This document shows positions 38,345-47,985 of a stretch of DNA of 64,000 bases, piece by piece. A model generated the notes under the pieces. It worked only from the letters and a program-made list of their open reading frames with translations, ran no database searches and was not told where the DNA came from. Position 1 is the first letter of the stretch. Every line of letters starts with the position of its first letter. The DNA is from Candidatus Berkelbacteria bacterium (lineage in GTDB: Bacteria; Patescibacteriota; UBA1384; 2-12-FULL-50-11), in contig CP066697.1 of NCBI GenBank assembly GCA_016432625.1, positions 458,561 to 522,560 of the forward strand. The letters are read 5' to 3'. The translations under genes were made by a program, and so were the position numbers.

Positions 38345-40027
38345 TTATGCTAACTCAATTACGGCTTCTCGGGGTTGAAAGTCAACTAGTCGCAGCTGCA
38401 ACCGCTCCGCTCCTTGAAAGTAGTTATTCTCTAAATAGCCCAAGAAGTTACCGCTTTTAAGGCTTTGTTGCTTATAACGATCTGCCAAATCGAAACCAAT
38501 AACTTCCAGATTCCCTAGTGCCGAGTTCAATAGCATTTTAAGATGCCTGGCATCAGAGCCAATAAAACGAACATCGGCAACGTCAGCATCTCGTAAAATT
38601 AGCAGAGGCTTAGTATTACCAAGTCCGAACGGCGCCAACTTTTCGAGCGAAGATGCGACTTTGGTAGTCAAGTCGCTCTTTTCCAGAAAGGCCTCGGCAA
38701 CGTATCGCTTCACTAAGTCGTGCTCGTCAAGGCAATTAACGGCGTCCCTTTTCAGCGCCGAGGATAGTTTCTCCCAGTTGCTAGCATTCGTAGATAAACC
38801 CGCCGCCTGGGCATGCCCGCCGAAAGTTCCTAGGTGCGTCGCACATCTCGTTAGGCCGTCGACGATCGAATACTTTTCAATTGAACGCGCGCTTGCCCTA
38901 ATTTCACCGTTTTGGAGCGAGCCAACGATGACTGGTCGGCTATACTCAAAGACTAGTCGTCCGGCAACGAGCCCAACAACACCGGAGGGCCAATCTCGAC
39001 CAAAAAGAGTGAAAATTCTGTCACCGTTATCGTTCTGTTTAAATAACTGTTCACGCGCTTCCGAAAGTACCTCGTCGACCAATGATTGCCTAGTTACGTT
39101 GGCTTGTTCAATTTCTTTCGCAAGCGCTTTGGCTTTTTTCTTATCTTCGGTGAGTAACAATCTGAGTGCCGGGGTATTATCGCTTAAACGACCGCTTGCA
39201 TTAAGTCGTGGGCCGATAATGAAACCGATCGTTGAAGACGTGATACTGTCTGACTGAACACCAGCTTCTTCTAATAGTGCTTGGAGCCCAACCCGACGAT
39301 TCTGTCGCAACACTACAAGGCCATAATGGACTAAGGCGCGGTTTTCGCCGACAAGCGGCATCATGTCTGCAACGGTAGAAATGGCGACCAAATCTAAAAG
39401 CCACTTACAATACCCCTTCGTTATTTCGTGAAAATCCTCAACTAGTGCGCATACTAATTTGAATGCGAGAGCGCAGCCGCAAAGCTGGGCAAAGGGATAG
39501 GTGGAGTCCTTTCTATGCGGGTCAATTATTGCGTCAGCTACTGGGAGCTCGGGCCCGGGCAAGTGATGGTCGAGCACGATCACGCCGAGACCGGCGTCCT
39601 TAGCCATTTTTATCTCTTCGAGAGAATTTATCCCCGTATCAACGGTAATTAATAACTTCGATCGTTTAATAATTTCCTCTACTTGCTCGCAGTGCAGGCC
39701 GTAACCGGTGCTCCTTGTCGGAAGCATCACGTCGTGTGGCACATTAATTTTAGTCAGAGTCATAGATAGCAGCGCTGATGCGGGCGTGCCATCTGCGTCA
39801 TAATCGCCAAAAATCGTAACATGCGAACCGTTTTCGACAGCTTGTCTAATTAATCGCCTGGCCACGACCATATCCGGCAGTAAATTTGGATCATGTAGAT
39901 GAGCGCTATAATCTGGCTGTAAGTCGTCTGCGCTGAATCCCCGTAGCAGGCAAAGATGCTCTAATAAATCTCTATTTAAACGTTTTCTGACGCTCCAACG
40001 ACTTTCGCGTGTGTGCTGGTTCATCAC
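38345..40027 (-). CDS. recJ: Single-stranded DNA exonuclease RecJ
   Basis: GDYDADG, TVDTG, DHH, GPRLNA, GGH. Confidence 0.96.
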   Translation of the reverse strand: MMNQHTRESRWSVRKRLNRDLLEHLCLLRGFSADDLQPDYSAHLHDPNLLPDMVVARRLIRQAVENGSHVTIFGDYDADGTPASALLSMTLTKINVPHDVMLPTRSTGYGLHCEQVEEIIKRSKLLITVDTGINSLEEIKMAKDAGLGVIVLDHHLPGPELPVADAIIDPHRKDSTYPFAQLCGCALAFKLVCALVEDFHEITKGYCKWLLDLVAISTVADMMPLVGENRALVHYGLVVLRQNRRVGLQALLEEAGVQSDSITSSTIGFIIGPRLNASGRLSDNTPALRLLLTEDKKKAKALAKEIEQANVTRQSLVDEVLSEAREQLFKQNDNGDRIFTLFGRDWPSGVVGLVAGRLVFEYSRPVIVGSLQNGEIRASARSIEKYSIVDGLTRCATHLGTFGGHAQAAGLSTNASNWEKLSSALKRDAVNCLDEHDLVKRYVAEAFLEKSDLTTKVASSLEKLAPFGLGNTKPLLILRDADVADVRFIGSDARHLKMLLNSALGNLEVIGFDLADRYKQQSLKSGNFLGYLENNYFQGAERLQLRLVDFQPREAVIELA

Positions 40028-40833
40028 TTGTAATAAACGTATCCGGGGATTCGTAGATCAACTCTCTCCTTAATAGAACCACCTCTCTCCTTGAGCAGGG
40101 TCCGCAACGCTTTAACCTGTGATTCAATTGGCTGGGTAGAAATAAAGAGAGCGGTGAGTTCTTTCTGCACCGGCTGACCATCGGCTCCAACGTAACTAGT
40201 GATAAGCGCCCCCAGCTGATAGAGCGAATCCGCGACAAACAAGCTTTTGGTCGTGACTGATTGCTCGCTCAGTATTTTTTTCAGTCGGATCACCTGCTCG
40301 ACGATTTCGCGACTGGCGACCTGGGAACCTAAGTTACTGTCAGTGTTAACGCGATCTTCGAGGAGCGGAACATCTAGAGGCTGCCCACTTTTTTCAGCAT
40401 AGAGCACGCCCTCCTCATCTACCAAAAACTCTCGACCGCTCTGAACCCATATTATCGCCGGTGAACGCATCGTTGCCTGACAAGATAAGCTACTCGGCAA
40501 ACCACGATGGCAAGTAAGGGCAGCCAGGGATCGTTCTTGGCGTAGCCAACGCTCCGTTGTGCGACTAACGGTACTAGAGAATATCGACTGCCCGACTAAC
40601 GATTGAAGCTCCTCTTTTAAAAGGGCGTTGTCCGCGCCCTCAATATTCACCTGTTTTATCTTAAAGACTGGCAATCTGCTTAAAGCAAATATTACCGCTA
40701 CAACAAAAAGAACTCGCACAACCGGACGCCAAGCCAAAGAATTGGAAACACCGCCGTTTGCGGAAAGGCGCTTGGGTGGAACGTAACTAGTGTTAAATAC
40801 CTTAGGTGTTTTACCCGTGCCTGATTGGCGCAT
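40024..40833 (-). CDS. FtsQ/DivIB-like cell division protein
   Basis: TM helix, POTRA-like region, LVDEEG, VDLR near C-terminus; end of dcw cluster. Confidence 0.75.
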   Translation of the reverse strand: MRQSGTGKTPKVFNTSYVPPKRLSANGGVSNSLAWRPVVRVLFVVAVIFALSRLPVFKIKQVNIEGADNALLKEELQSLVGQSIFSSTVSRTTERWLRQERSLAALTCHRGLPSSLSCQATMRSPAIIWVQSGREFLVDEEGVLYAEKSGQPLDVPLLEDRVNTDSNLGSQVASREIVEQVIRLKKILSEQSVTTKSLFVADSLYQLGALITSYVGADGQPVQKELTALFISTQPIESQVKALRTLLKERGGSIKERVDLRIPGYVYYK

Positions 40834-41788
40834 TATCCTCCTCTTTAGACGGCCAGTACCCCAAGTAACTCATTCGCTCCTCCAGTTCGATGCCGTACCC
40901 GGCTGCAAGTTGTCGTAATTGTTCAATGAGTTCTCGGTAAGTACTGCTACCAACTCGGCCAGTGGCGGTGGCGATACCAGTGGTCGGGTTAAATTTTAAC
41001 CCTAGAACGCGTAATTTACGACCCGCCGGGTGAAGTGAGGGTTGAGCTTCGAAGGCCGGCCGTGTCAGACTACCAACTTGCGGTTGGGATAAATTTACCA
41101 GCGCACTTCGAGCCTTATTAATATGAAGACGGCGAACGATCTCTTCTTGGGGTAATAAGGCAAATTGCAGTTTAACATTTAAGATGACCGGCGGGAAAAT
41201 ACTCGGCCGAGTTAGCAGCGAATCATACGGTTTAAACTGCAACTCCGCGCCGGTGATGGTGACAATTTTGTGTTCCTCGCCGTCTGTTACCCAGCATGTA
41301 ACGTCTTTAACATGAGCGCTTATCGACAAGTTTCCTACCGTAGCGTTGCTAACTACTGCACCACCGATGGAGCCAGGCACGTTACTCAAGAATTCAATGC
41401 CTCCAAGATTCTTTGAGGCAGCAGCAGTTAGCAATGCTTGATTGGTAGTACCGCTTGATACCGTAACGACACTTGAGCCTTGCGTGAAACTGATACCGCT
41501 GGAACGGTTGACGATGACAAGGCCGGGAAAACCGACCTCACTAGGCAAAGTGCCAGTACCTCCACCGATAACGGCATACTCGAGCTTGTTTTCAACGGCA
41601 ATTTCAGCCGCGTCTGTTAAATCTTCCGGCGAGGTGGCGATAACAACGTACTCGCTAACCCCACCAACAGAAGCTGATACGTAAAGCGCAAGCGGCTGAT
41701 TATTTAAGAACCGTTCCGCGAAGCGGGAACGGAATTTAGAGTTAATGCTCTCGGAGGTTCTGGAGTTTTTCGTAAATTTTATAGACAT
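40811..41788 (-). CDS. murB: MurB-like FAD-binding protein (divergent)
   Basis: VGGVSEY, VIGGGT, GIEFLSNVPGSIGGA; follows murC. Confidence 0.7.
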   Translation of the reverse strand: MSIKFTKNSRTSESINSKFRSRFAERFLNNQPLALYVSASVGGVSEYVVIATSPEDLTDAAEIAVENKLEYAVIGGGTGTLPSEVGFPGLVIVNRSSGISFTQGSSVVTVSSGTTNQALLTAAASKNLGGIEFLSNVPGSIGGAVVSNATVGNLSISAHVKDVTCWVTDGEEHKIVTITGAELQFKPYDSLLTRPSIFPPVILNVKLQFALLPQEEIVRRLHINKARSALVNLSQPQVGSLTRPAFEAQPSLHPAGRKLRVLGLKFNPTTGIATATGRVGSSTYRELIEQLRQLAAGYGIELEERMSYLGYWPSKEEDNAPIRHG

Positions 41789-43166
41789 CCCCCGCTCCCA
41801 CTAAAAAGACAACGTCGTTACTATCGATAGACCCACCTAAATAAGTTGCCGCCTCCTCTAGGCTTGAACGATATTCGGTTTCCTTTTTCAGCTTCCTGAC
41901 CTCTTCGACAAGGTCTTTGATGGTTACGTAACCGCTCTTTTCTCTGGCCGAAGCGAAGATGTTTAAGAGAATAAGCCGATCCGCCTTCGCCAGACTCGAC
42001 GCAAACTCCTTCAAGAGTTTACCGGTCCGACTATAAGTATGTGGCTGAAAAACCAAGGTTAGCTTCTTCGTTGGGAATTTCGATCTCACCGTGGCAATCA
42101 GATAGTCCAGCGCGGTAGGGTGGTGAGCGTAATCCTGATAGATCGATGCGCCATTGTATTGACCCATCTTCTCGAACCGACGAGCAGGTCCGCTAAAACT
42201 GCCAACAGCCCTAACCACGGCTTGTTCACTAACGCCAAGCCGTAAGGACATCACAATTGCCCCGGTAGCATTTAGCACATTGTGAGCGCCAGGCAATTTT
42301 AAGGTGAATGGTCCAAGCTTCTTTTCCCCGTTCTTAATTGAAAATGACGTCGCTTCACCACTCTCGTCGTGATCGATAATTTGGAACTGGGCTTGTGAGC
42401 CAAAACCGTACGTTAAGCTCTTGAGATCAACCCGGCGAGAGGCTAGGCGTCGGACGAGCGGTGAGTCGATACACGCGACAATCGTGCCGTCACGCGGAAT
42501 TTTAATCGACAAGTCGTAGAACGCTTTGTAAACGTCCTCAGCCGACTCGTAAACATCGGGATGATCTAGCTCAATACTGGTGATAATGACGTGCTTCAAC
42601 GGCAAATCCATAAAGCGCGGCGTTTTGTCCTGTTCGGATTTCTTGTACTCATCTGCTTCAACCACAAAATATTTGCCGTCGCCGATATGGGCATTACCTT
42701 CAAGGTCGCGAACATCAGGAGCGCCGATCGCGTAGCTTGGGGAGAAACCGGCCTCTTTGAGAATATAAGCCAGCAGTGATGTCGTAGTAGTTTTGCCATG
42801 GACGCCAGCAACGCCAACACCCTCAAACTTCTCTATCACTTTGCCCAATGCTTCGGAATGAGTAAGGATAGTAATCCGGCCTGATTTGGCCGCTTTGTAT
42901 TCAGGGTTTTGCACCCCAAATGCCGCGGAAATAACCACAATATCTGGTTTGAATTGCTTAATATTTGCTTGGTCGAAACCGATTTTTGGCTCGATACCGA
43001 GCTCGGCGAAGCGGCGTTCCGTCGCTTCGTCAGCATATGAGCCGCTATCGTCGCTCCCCGCCACCTCATAGCCTAAACTCTTCATCATTACCGCCAAACC
43101 TGACATCGCTACTCCCCTTATGCCGATAAAATAGTAACGATGTGGCACTTTATTTTTTCTGGCCAT
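41742..43166 (-). CDS. murC: UDP-N-acetylmuramate--L-alanine ligase
   Basis: IGIRGVAMSG, GVHGKTTT, VEADE, DYAHHP, FQPH. Confidence 0.95.
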   Translation of the reverse strand: MARKNKVPHRYYFIGIRGVAMSGLAVMMKSLGYEVAGSDDSGSYADEATERRFAELGIEPKIGFDQANIKQFKPDIVVISAAFGVQNPEYKAAKSGRITILTHSEALGKVIEKFEGVGVAGVHGKTTTTSLLAYILKEAGFSPSYAIGAPDVRDLEGNAHIGDGKYFVVEADEYKKSEQDKTPRFMDLPLKHVIITSIELDHPDVYESAEDVYKAFYDLSIKIPRDGTIVACIDSPLVRRLASRRVDLKSLTYGFGSQAQFQIIDHDESGEATSFSIKNGEKKLGPFTLKLPGAHNVLNATGAIVMSLRLGVSEQAVVRAVGSFSGPARRFEKMGQYNGASIYQDYAHHPTALDYLIATVRSKFPTKKLTLVFQPHTYSRTGKLLKEFASSLAKADRLILLNIFASAREKSGYVTIKDLVEEVRKLKKETEYRSSLEEAATYLGGSIDSNDVVFLVGAGDVYKIYEKLQNLREH

Positions 43167-44265
43167 TTTCAATCTCCCGAATAATCATTTCAATCGCGTC
43201 CTCATTATAAAAGTAGCCTTTTAATTTCATTCCCAGCACACTCAACTCAGCTCGGTCATTTAAGAGCGCCGATAAATTCTCATACAACTTATCAGGCGAG
43301 AGCTGATACTCCTCGCGCATAATTACAGCGTGCTCACGCTTAAGAGTTTTTGCGTTTTCAACTTGATGATTACCGGCAGCTGTTGGTAGCGGGATTAGAT
43401 ACATTGCCTTGCCGAACAGGGCTCCCTCAGCAACTGTTGTCGAACCAGCCCGGCTGACAACAACATCAGCGGCTTGAAAATAATAAGCTAGCTCACGGTC
43501 CAAGAAACTAAAAGGCTTGTACGCTGCCCGGTCCTTTTTATCTAAGCTGTCCTGTAATTTTTGATAAATACTGGCTTCTCTCTCGCCTGTCACATGAACA
43601 ATGTCGGCAGTTGCCACAAGCTTTTTGACAACTTGGCGTATCAGGGAATTGATTGCTGATGCACCTTGAATTCCGCCCAGAATTAGAACCAACGGCCGTG
43701 TTTTTTTGGGCGAACGAAGACGAGCCGCCTGACGAAGCGTCTTCCTTATCGGTATACCAACTTGTAGGTAACGAGAGTCGTGATTGGGATAAACCTCTGG
43801 AGCAAACGCAGTAAAAACTCGAGCGGCAAATCTAGCCGAAAGACGATTTGTTAGCCCCATAACCGAGTCTGATTCGTGGATAAATACTGGTTTTCGCAGT
43901 ACCCAGGCTGCGTAAACCATCGGCAAAGCAACGTAGCCGCCCTTACTCATGACCGCTGTTGCCCCAGTTTTAATCAATAAACGTAAGGCCTGAAAAAAGC
44001 CCTCAATTGTTCGAAAAGCGCTAATCAAATTGGCTAGCGTGGTCCCAAGCGTCAGTTGTCGCCGCATTTTACCAGCAGCTATTGGCTGAAATTGCCAACC
44101 CAGTTCTTTAACGATAGCCTCTTCCCGCCCGCCTTTCTCACCAACGAAGACAAATGGCTTCGACTGAGCCGCCAGCTCCTCGCCAATCGCAACAAGCGGA
44201 AAAATATGACCGCCAGTGCCACCTCCCACAAGAATTATTGGTTTTGGTTGCTTTGATAAATTCAC
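43150..44265 (-). CDS. murG: MurG glycosyltransferase
   Basis: GGGTGGHIFP, KGGYV, HE, SRAG, HQVENA. Confidence 0.96.
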   Translation of the reverse strand: MNLSKQPKPIILVGGGTGGHIFPLVAIGEELAAQSKPFVFVGEKGGREEAIVKELGWQFQPIAAGKMRRQLTLGTTLANLISAFRTIEGFFQALRLLIKTGATAVMSKGGYVALPMVYAAWVLRKPVFIHESDSVMGLTNRLSARFAARVFTAFAPEVYPNHDSRYLQVGIPIRKTLRQAARLRSPKKTRPLVLILGGIQGASAINSLIRQVVKKLVATADIVHVTGEREASIYQKLQDSLDKKDRAAYKPFSFLDRELAYYFQAADVVVSRAGSTTVAEGALFGKAMYLIPLPTAAGNHQVENAKTLKREHAVIMREEYQLSPDKLYENLSALLNDRAELSVLGMKLKGYFYNEDAIEMIIREIENGQKK

Positions 44266-44312
44266 GTCGCTTCAAGAGCGAATATACCTTTAACCTTACG
44301 GATTGGCAAACC

Positions 44313-45428
44313 TTAACCTTCGAGTCTTTCGCGAGAAACGTTTGTCAGTAATCCAAGAGCGGCTAGCGAAATTATTAATGACGAACCGCCGTAGCTGATG
44401 AACGGCAATGGTACCCCTGTCAGGGGCAGCACGCTCAAAATCCCAGCGATATTTACTAGAGCCTGAGCAATAAAAGCAGTTGAGATCCCAGCCGCCAGGA
44501 GTTGGGCAAACTTACTATTGGCGTGCAACGCCACCAGAAAACCGCGCCACGCTAGATATAAATATGCCAGTAGTACTAGGCTTGTTCGCACGAAACCCAG
44601 CTCTTCGGCAATCACGGCGAATATTGAGTCGGTGTGTGCTTGAGGCAAGTAGGCGTACTTACTCGTTCCTTGCCCGAAACCTACGCCCCACAACCCCCCG
44701 CTGCCAACAGCAATTAAGGCTTGATGGGTATGATAGGCTTCGCCGAGGGTATCGGCCGTGTTATTGATCTTGTTCAAATATGAAGTAAGTCGCTGCATGC
44801 GGTACGGCGCGGCAAAGATTAAACCCATTAACAGAACAGCGCCGGCGACGCAGAGGGCAAGAAACTGCAGCAGCTGAGCCTTGGCGGCAAAAAAGATCGT
44901 CATTGCGGTGATCAATATAACGAACGTCGTACCAAGATCTGGCTCCGCCATCACAAGCAGGGTAATCACTCCCGCTACGACGATAAACGGCACCAGGACT
45001 TTGGTCGGCTCCCCCATCTTATTAGCTTTGGCAGCAAAAAATCCCGCAAAGAAAATAATCATCAGTAGCTTGGCAAGTTCAGCCGGTTGAAATTGAAAAA
45101 ATCCCAGATCGATCCATCTATGCACTCCGGCAATTCTGGGACCGATAATCGGTACAAAGACAAGTAGTAATGTGACGACAGTTATCCAGAGAAGCCTTGT
45201 CCGGTTCTCGTAAAGCGTATCAAGCGGAATTTTTAGGAAATATAAGAACCCGCCAACTCCTATCAACCACGCAACCAGCTGCCTGATGAAGAAATAATAG
45301 GAATTATCGTAACGGTCGGCGGCAAGAATTTGTGAGGAGGATAAGATCATCACTAGGCCAAATAGTGAAAGGGCGAAACCCACAATCGGGATAGTCGTAT
45401 CGGCCTTACGGCGAAGCTTGAAGTTCAT
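44313..45428 (-). CDS. ftsW: Cell division protein FtsW (SEDS family)
   Basis: QPAELAK, EPDLGT, HTDSIF, PFISYGGSS; located in dcw cluster. Confidence 0.95.
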   Translation of the reverse strand: MNFKLRRKADTTIPIVGFALSLFGLVMILSSSQILAADRYDNSYYFFIRQLVAWLIGVGGFLYFLKIPLDTLYENRTRLLWITVVTLLLVFVPIIGPRIAGVHRWIDLGFFQFQPAELAKLLMIIFFAGFFAAKANKMGEPTKVLVPFIVVAGVITLLVMAEPDLGTTFVILITAMTIFFAAKAQLLQFLALCVAGAVLLMGLIFAAPYRMQRLTSYLNKINNTADTLGEAYHTHQALIAVGSGGLWGVGFGQGTSKYAYLPQAHTDSIFAVIAEELGFVRTSLVLLAYLYLAWRGFLVALHANSKFAQLLAAGISTAFIAQALVNIAGILSVLPLTGVPLPFISYGGSSLIISLAALGLLTNVSRERLEG

Positions 45429-45547
45429 CGTTCAGAATTCTCGCAATTAACAAAATTGCTCGAAAGCATCACTAGGCCAAATAGTGAAAGGGCGAAACCC
45501 ACAATCGGGATAGTCGTATCGGCCTTACGGCGTAACTTGAAATTCAT
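45348..45547 (-). repeat. 81-bp direct duplication of the ftsW 5' end, forming a 40-aa upstream ORF (45425-45547)
   Basis: 45348-45428 vs 45467-45547 are 78/81 identical and the 3 differences are synonymous; hairpin linker at 45438-45464. Confidence 0.92.
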
Positions 45548-46935
45548 GAACGGACCAAACTCTTGAAAATATCTCCGCGCTCCGCGGCGTTTTTGAACAT
45601 ATCTTTGCTGGCACAGCCAGGTGAGAGTAGTATAACGTCCCCCTCACTTGACAGCTGTCGCGCCTTTTCAACTGCTTCGTCCAGGCTCTTCCCACCATCT
45701 AGTATTTTGGTTTGCGCCGCGTGGATCTTGAGAGCAGCGGCAATCTTCGGCGCTTCTTGACCGATTAACACCACTCCTTTTACCGCTGAAGACGCTACTG
45801 CTTTGGCGAACTCATCAAAACTTGCCCCTTTCGTCGAGCCACCTGCAATCAACACCACTGGCTCTGTAAAAGCGGTTAGCGCAGCGATCGTTGCTTCAGG
45901 GGCAGTGGCGTAAGAGTCGTCCACATAACGACGGCCTTGCGCTACTCCAACATCTTCTAGGCGATGTGGGAGTGGTTTGAAGTGACGTAGGCCCTTTTCA
46001 ATTGCCGAGATCTTAACGCCGAAGGTTTCACAAACAGCAATCGCCATAGTCGCGTTCAAAAAAACATGTTGTCCACGCAGATTTAGTTTTGCTAAAGCAG
46101 TAAATTTTTCACCGTTACGGTACACCACGCCTTGCGGATCAACGTTCCAGTGTGTTTGATACGCCGCCTGTGAAACAGCGATTTTTTTGGCCTTAGAGAC
46201 GCTAGCAATGGCTGTCGACTCGGCGTTGTCGGCAGCAAAGACCAGCCAATCATCCTGACTTTGGTGGAGGGTGATATGAGCCTTGGCAGCGACGTAGTCA
46301 TTCATGGTTTGGTGATAGTTAGGACTCGCTACGCTCAAGGGCTTAAGATGGTCCTCTGTGATCGGCAGAACAACGGCGACGTGTGGGCTATTCTTAAGGT
46401 CCTCCAGTTGGAAGCTCGACAGCTCCAGGACAACGATCGACGACTGTGTCAGCTCATCGAAAACAGAAAAAATTGGCTTGCCGATATTGCCCGCGACAAC
46501 AACCGACTTGCCGGCGGCTTGCAGTATCTCCCCAATCATCGTCGAAGTAGTGCCTTTGCCCTTCGTGCCCGTAACCCCAACCACAACCGATTTCGTCATC
46601 GCCAGGAATAAGTCAGTGGCGCTGGTTATAACCGGCCGATCTTTAACCTTTCTCAATGACGCCTCGACGCGTTCAATAGGTAAGCCGGGCGAGCGGAAGA
46701 CGTAGTCATACCGGCCCAGATCTTCTAAATGCTTATCTCCGGTAACGATTTTAACGTCTGGGAAATGGTAACTAAAATCCTTGGGCAGGGCGTCGGGATT
46801 TTGCTCGCAAAGAAATACGGTCGCTTTAACTTTAACCAGGTGTGGAACGAGACTTAGGTTCTCCAATCCAGCGCCCAATAACCCAACCTGTTTGTAGCGA
46901 AAATCTTCCCACCCCATCACCTGGTAGTATCTCAA
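45544..46935 (-). CDS. murD: MurD ligase
   Basis: RSPG, GTKGKGTT, ELSSFQL, LLSPGCASKD; true start may lie a few codons downstream. Confidence 0.95.
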   Translation of the reverse strand: MRYYQVMGWEDFRYKQVGLLGAGLENLSLVPHLVKVKATVFLCEQNPDALPKDFSYHFPDVKIVTGDKHLEDLGRYDYVFRSPGLPIERVEASLRKVKDRPVITSATDLFLAMTKSVVVGVTGTKGKGTTSTMIGEILQAAGKSVVVAGNIGKPIFSVFDELTQSSIVVLELSSFQLEDLKNSPHVAVVLPITEDHLKPLSVASPNYHQTMNDYVAAKAHITLHQSQDDWLVFAADNAESTAIASVSKAKKIAVSQAAYQTHWNVDPQGVVYRNGEKFTALAKLNLRGQHVFLNATMAIAVCETFGVKISAIEKGLRHFKPLPHRLEDVGVAQGRRYVDDSYATAPEATIAALTAFTEPVVLIAGGSTKGASFDEFAKAVASSAVKGVVLIGQEAPKIAAALKIHAAQTKILDGGKSLDEAVEKARQLSSEGDVILLSPGCASKDMFKNAAERGDIFKSLVRS

Positions 46936-46959
46936 AGAATACCTGTTGTGAGAACCCGC

Positions 46960-47982
46960 TTAGCGGCTAACTACTTCGACAAAAAGTCCGATCATTGCCA
47001 TGACAGCGGAGATAATCCAAAAACGCATCGTGACACGCGGCTCCGGCCAACCGATTGCCTGGAAATGGTGGTGTATCGGCGCCGAGAGAAATATTTTCTT
47101 TCCTTGCCGAAGCTTCTTCGACAAAATCTGAATAATCGCCGAGAGTCCTTCCGCCCAGAGTACAAAAGCGATAATTGGCAGAATAAACACCGTGTCGGTC
47201 AAAAACGCTATTACCCCTAAAGTCATCCCTAACGCCATAGCGCCAGTATCCCCCATGAAGAACCTTGCCGGATAAACGTTGAACCAGAGGAAGGCGAGCA
47301 AGGCGCCTAGTATTGTGCCGCAGAACGCCGCTAGCTCTGTTTTGTCTTGCAGCAAGGCAATAATGCCGTAGGCAGCAAAACAGCTCGCCATCACTCCGCC
47401 CGCCAACCCATCTAAGCCGTCGGTTTCGTTGGCAGAGAAGGTGGTGAAAACTAAAACAGCGATGAAAATAGGGATGTACCAGATACCGATTTCAATTTGT
47501 CCCAGCCAAGGAACGGAAATAATACTGAATTCGAGCTTGAAGAAGAACCACCAGGCGCCAACTAAGGCAATTAGCGTGTAAAGCAAAAGTTTCCAGCGAA
47601 ATCGTAGGCCGCCACGATTCGGTCCGACTCCAAAGATATTCATCAGATCATCGGCAGCACCGACAAAGCCGGTACTCACGAGAGTGAATAACGGCAGCCA
47701 AGTCTGGCCCCGGTTAAGATTCATTAATAAGGTAATAACAGCGGCCGTAATCCAAATCAGCAAGCCGCCCATCGTGGGCGTATTTTCCTTGTGCTTATGT
47801 AACGAGTAAAAAATTGGCGCGTTTTTTTCGTCAAAACCTGTTTGGCGAATCCGTTTGCCTAGTCGATTTTTGTAAAGGAAGTCAGTAAAAAGCGGCGTCC
47901 ATAGTATCGCCACGAGAAAGGAGAGGGTCGCGAGCCAGAATGTCTTGGCAAGTGCGAAGTTGCCACCGTCTAAGAAGTCCAT
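46960..47982 (-). CDS. mraY: Phospho-MurNAc-pentapeptide transferase
   Basis: TPTMGG, DD, TDGLDGL, FMGDTG, APIHHH. Confidence 0.97.
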   Translation of the reverse strand: MDFLDGGNFALAKTFWLATLSFLVAILWTPLFTDFLYKNRLGKRIRQTGFDEKNAPIFYSLHKHKENTPTMGGLLIWITAAVITLLMNLNRGQTWLPLFTLVSTGFVGAADDLMNIFGVGPNRGGLRFRWKLLLYTLIALVGAWWFFFKLEFSIISVPWLGQIEIGIWYIPIFIAVLVFTTFSANETDGLDGLAGGVMASCFAAYGIIALLQDKTELAAFCGTILGALLAFLWFNVYPARFFMGDTGAMALGMTLGVIAFLTDTVFILPIIAFVLWAEGLSAIIQILSKKLRQGKKIFLSAPIHHHFQAIGWPEPRVTMRFWIISAVMAMIGLFVEVVSR

Positions 47983-47985
47983 TGT

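Noticed and set aside
44266-44320. AAGGTTAA repeated after the ftsW stop, with small hairpins
   Set aside because: An 8-bp match is too short to count as a gene-end duplication.
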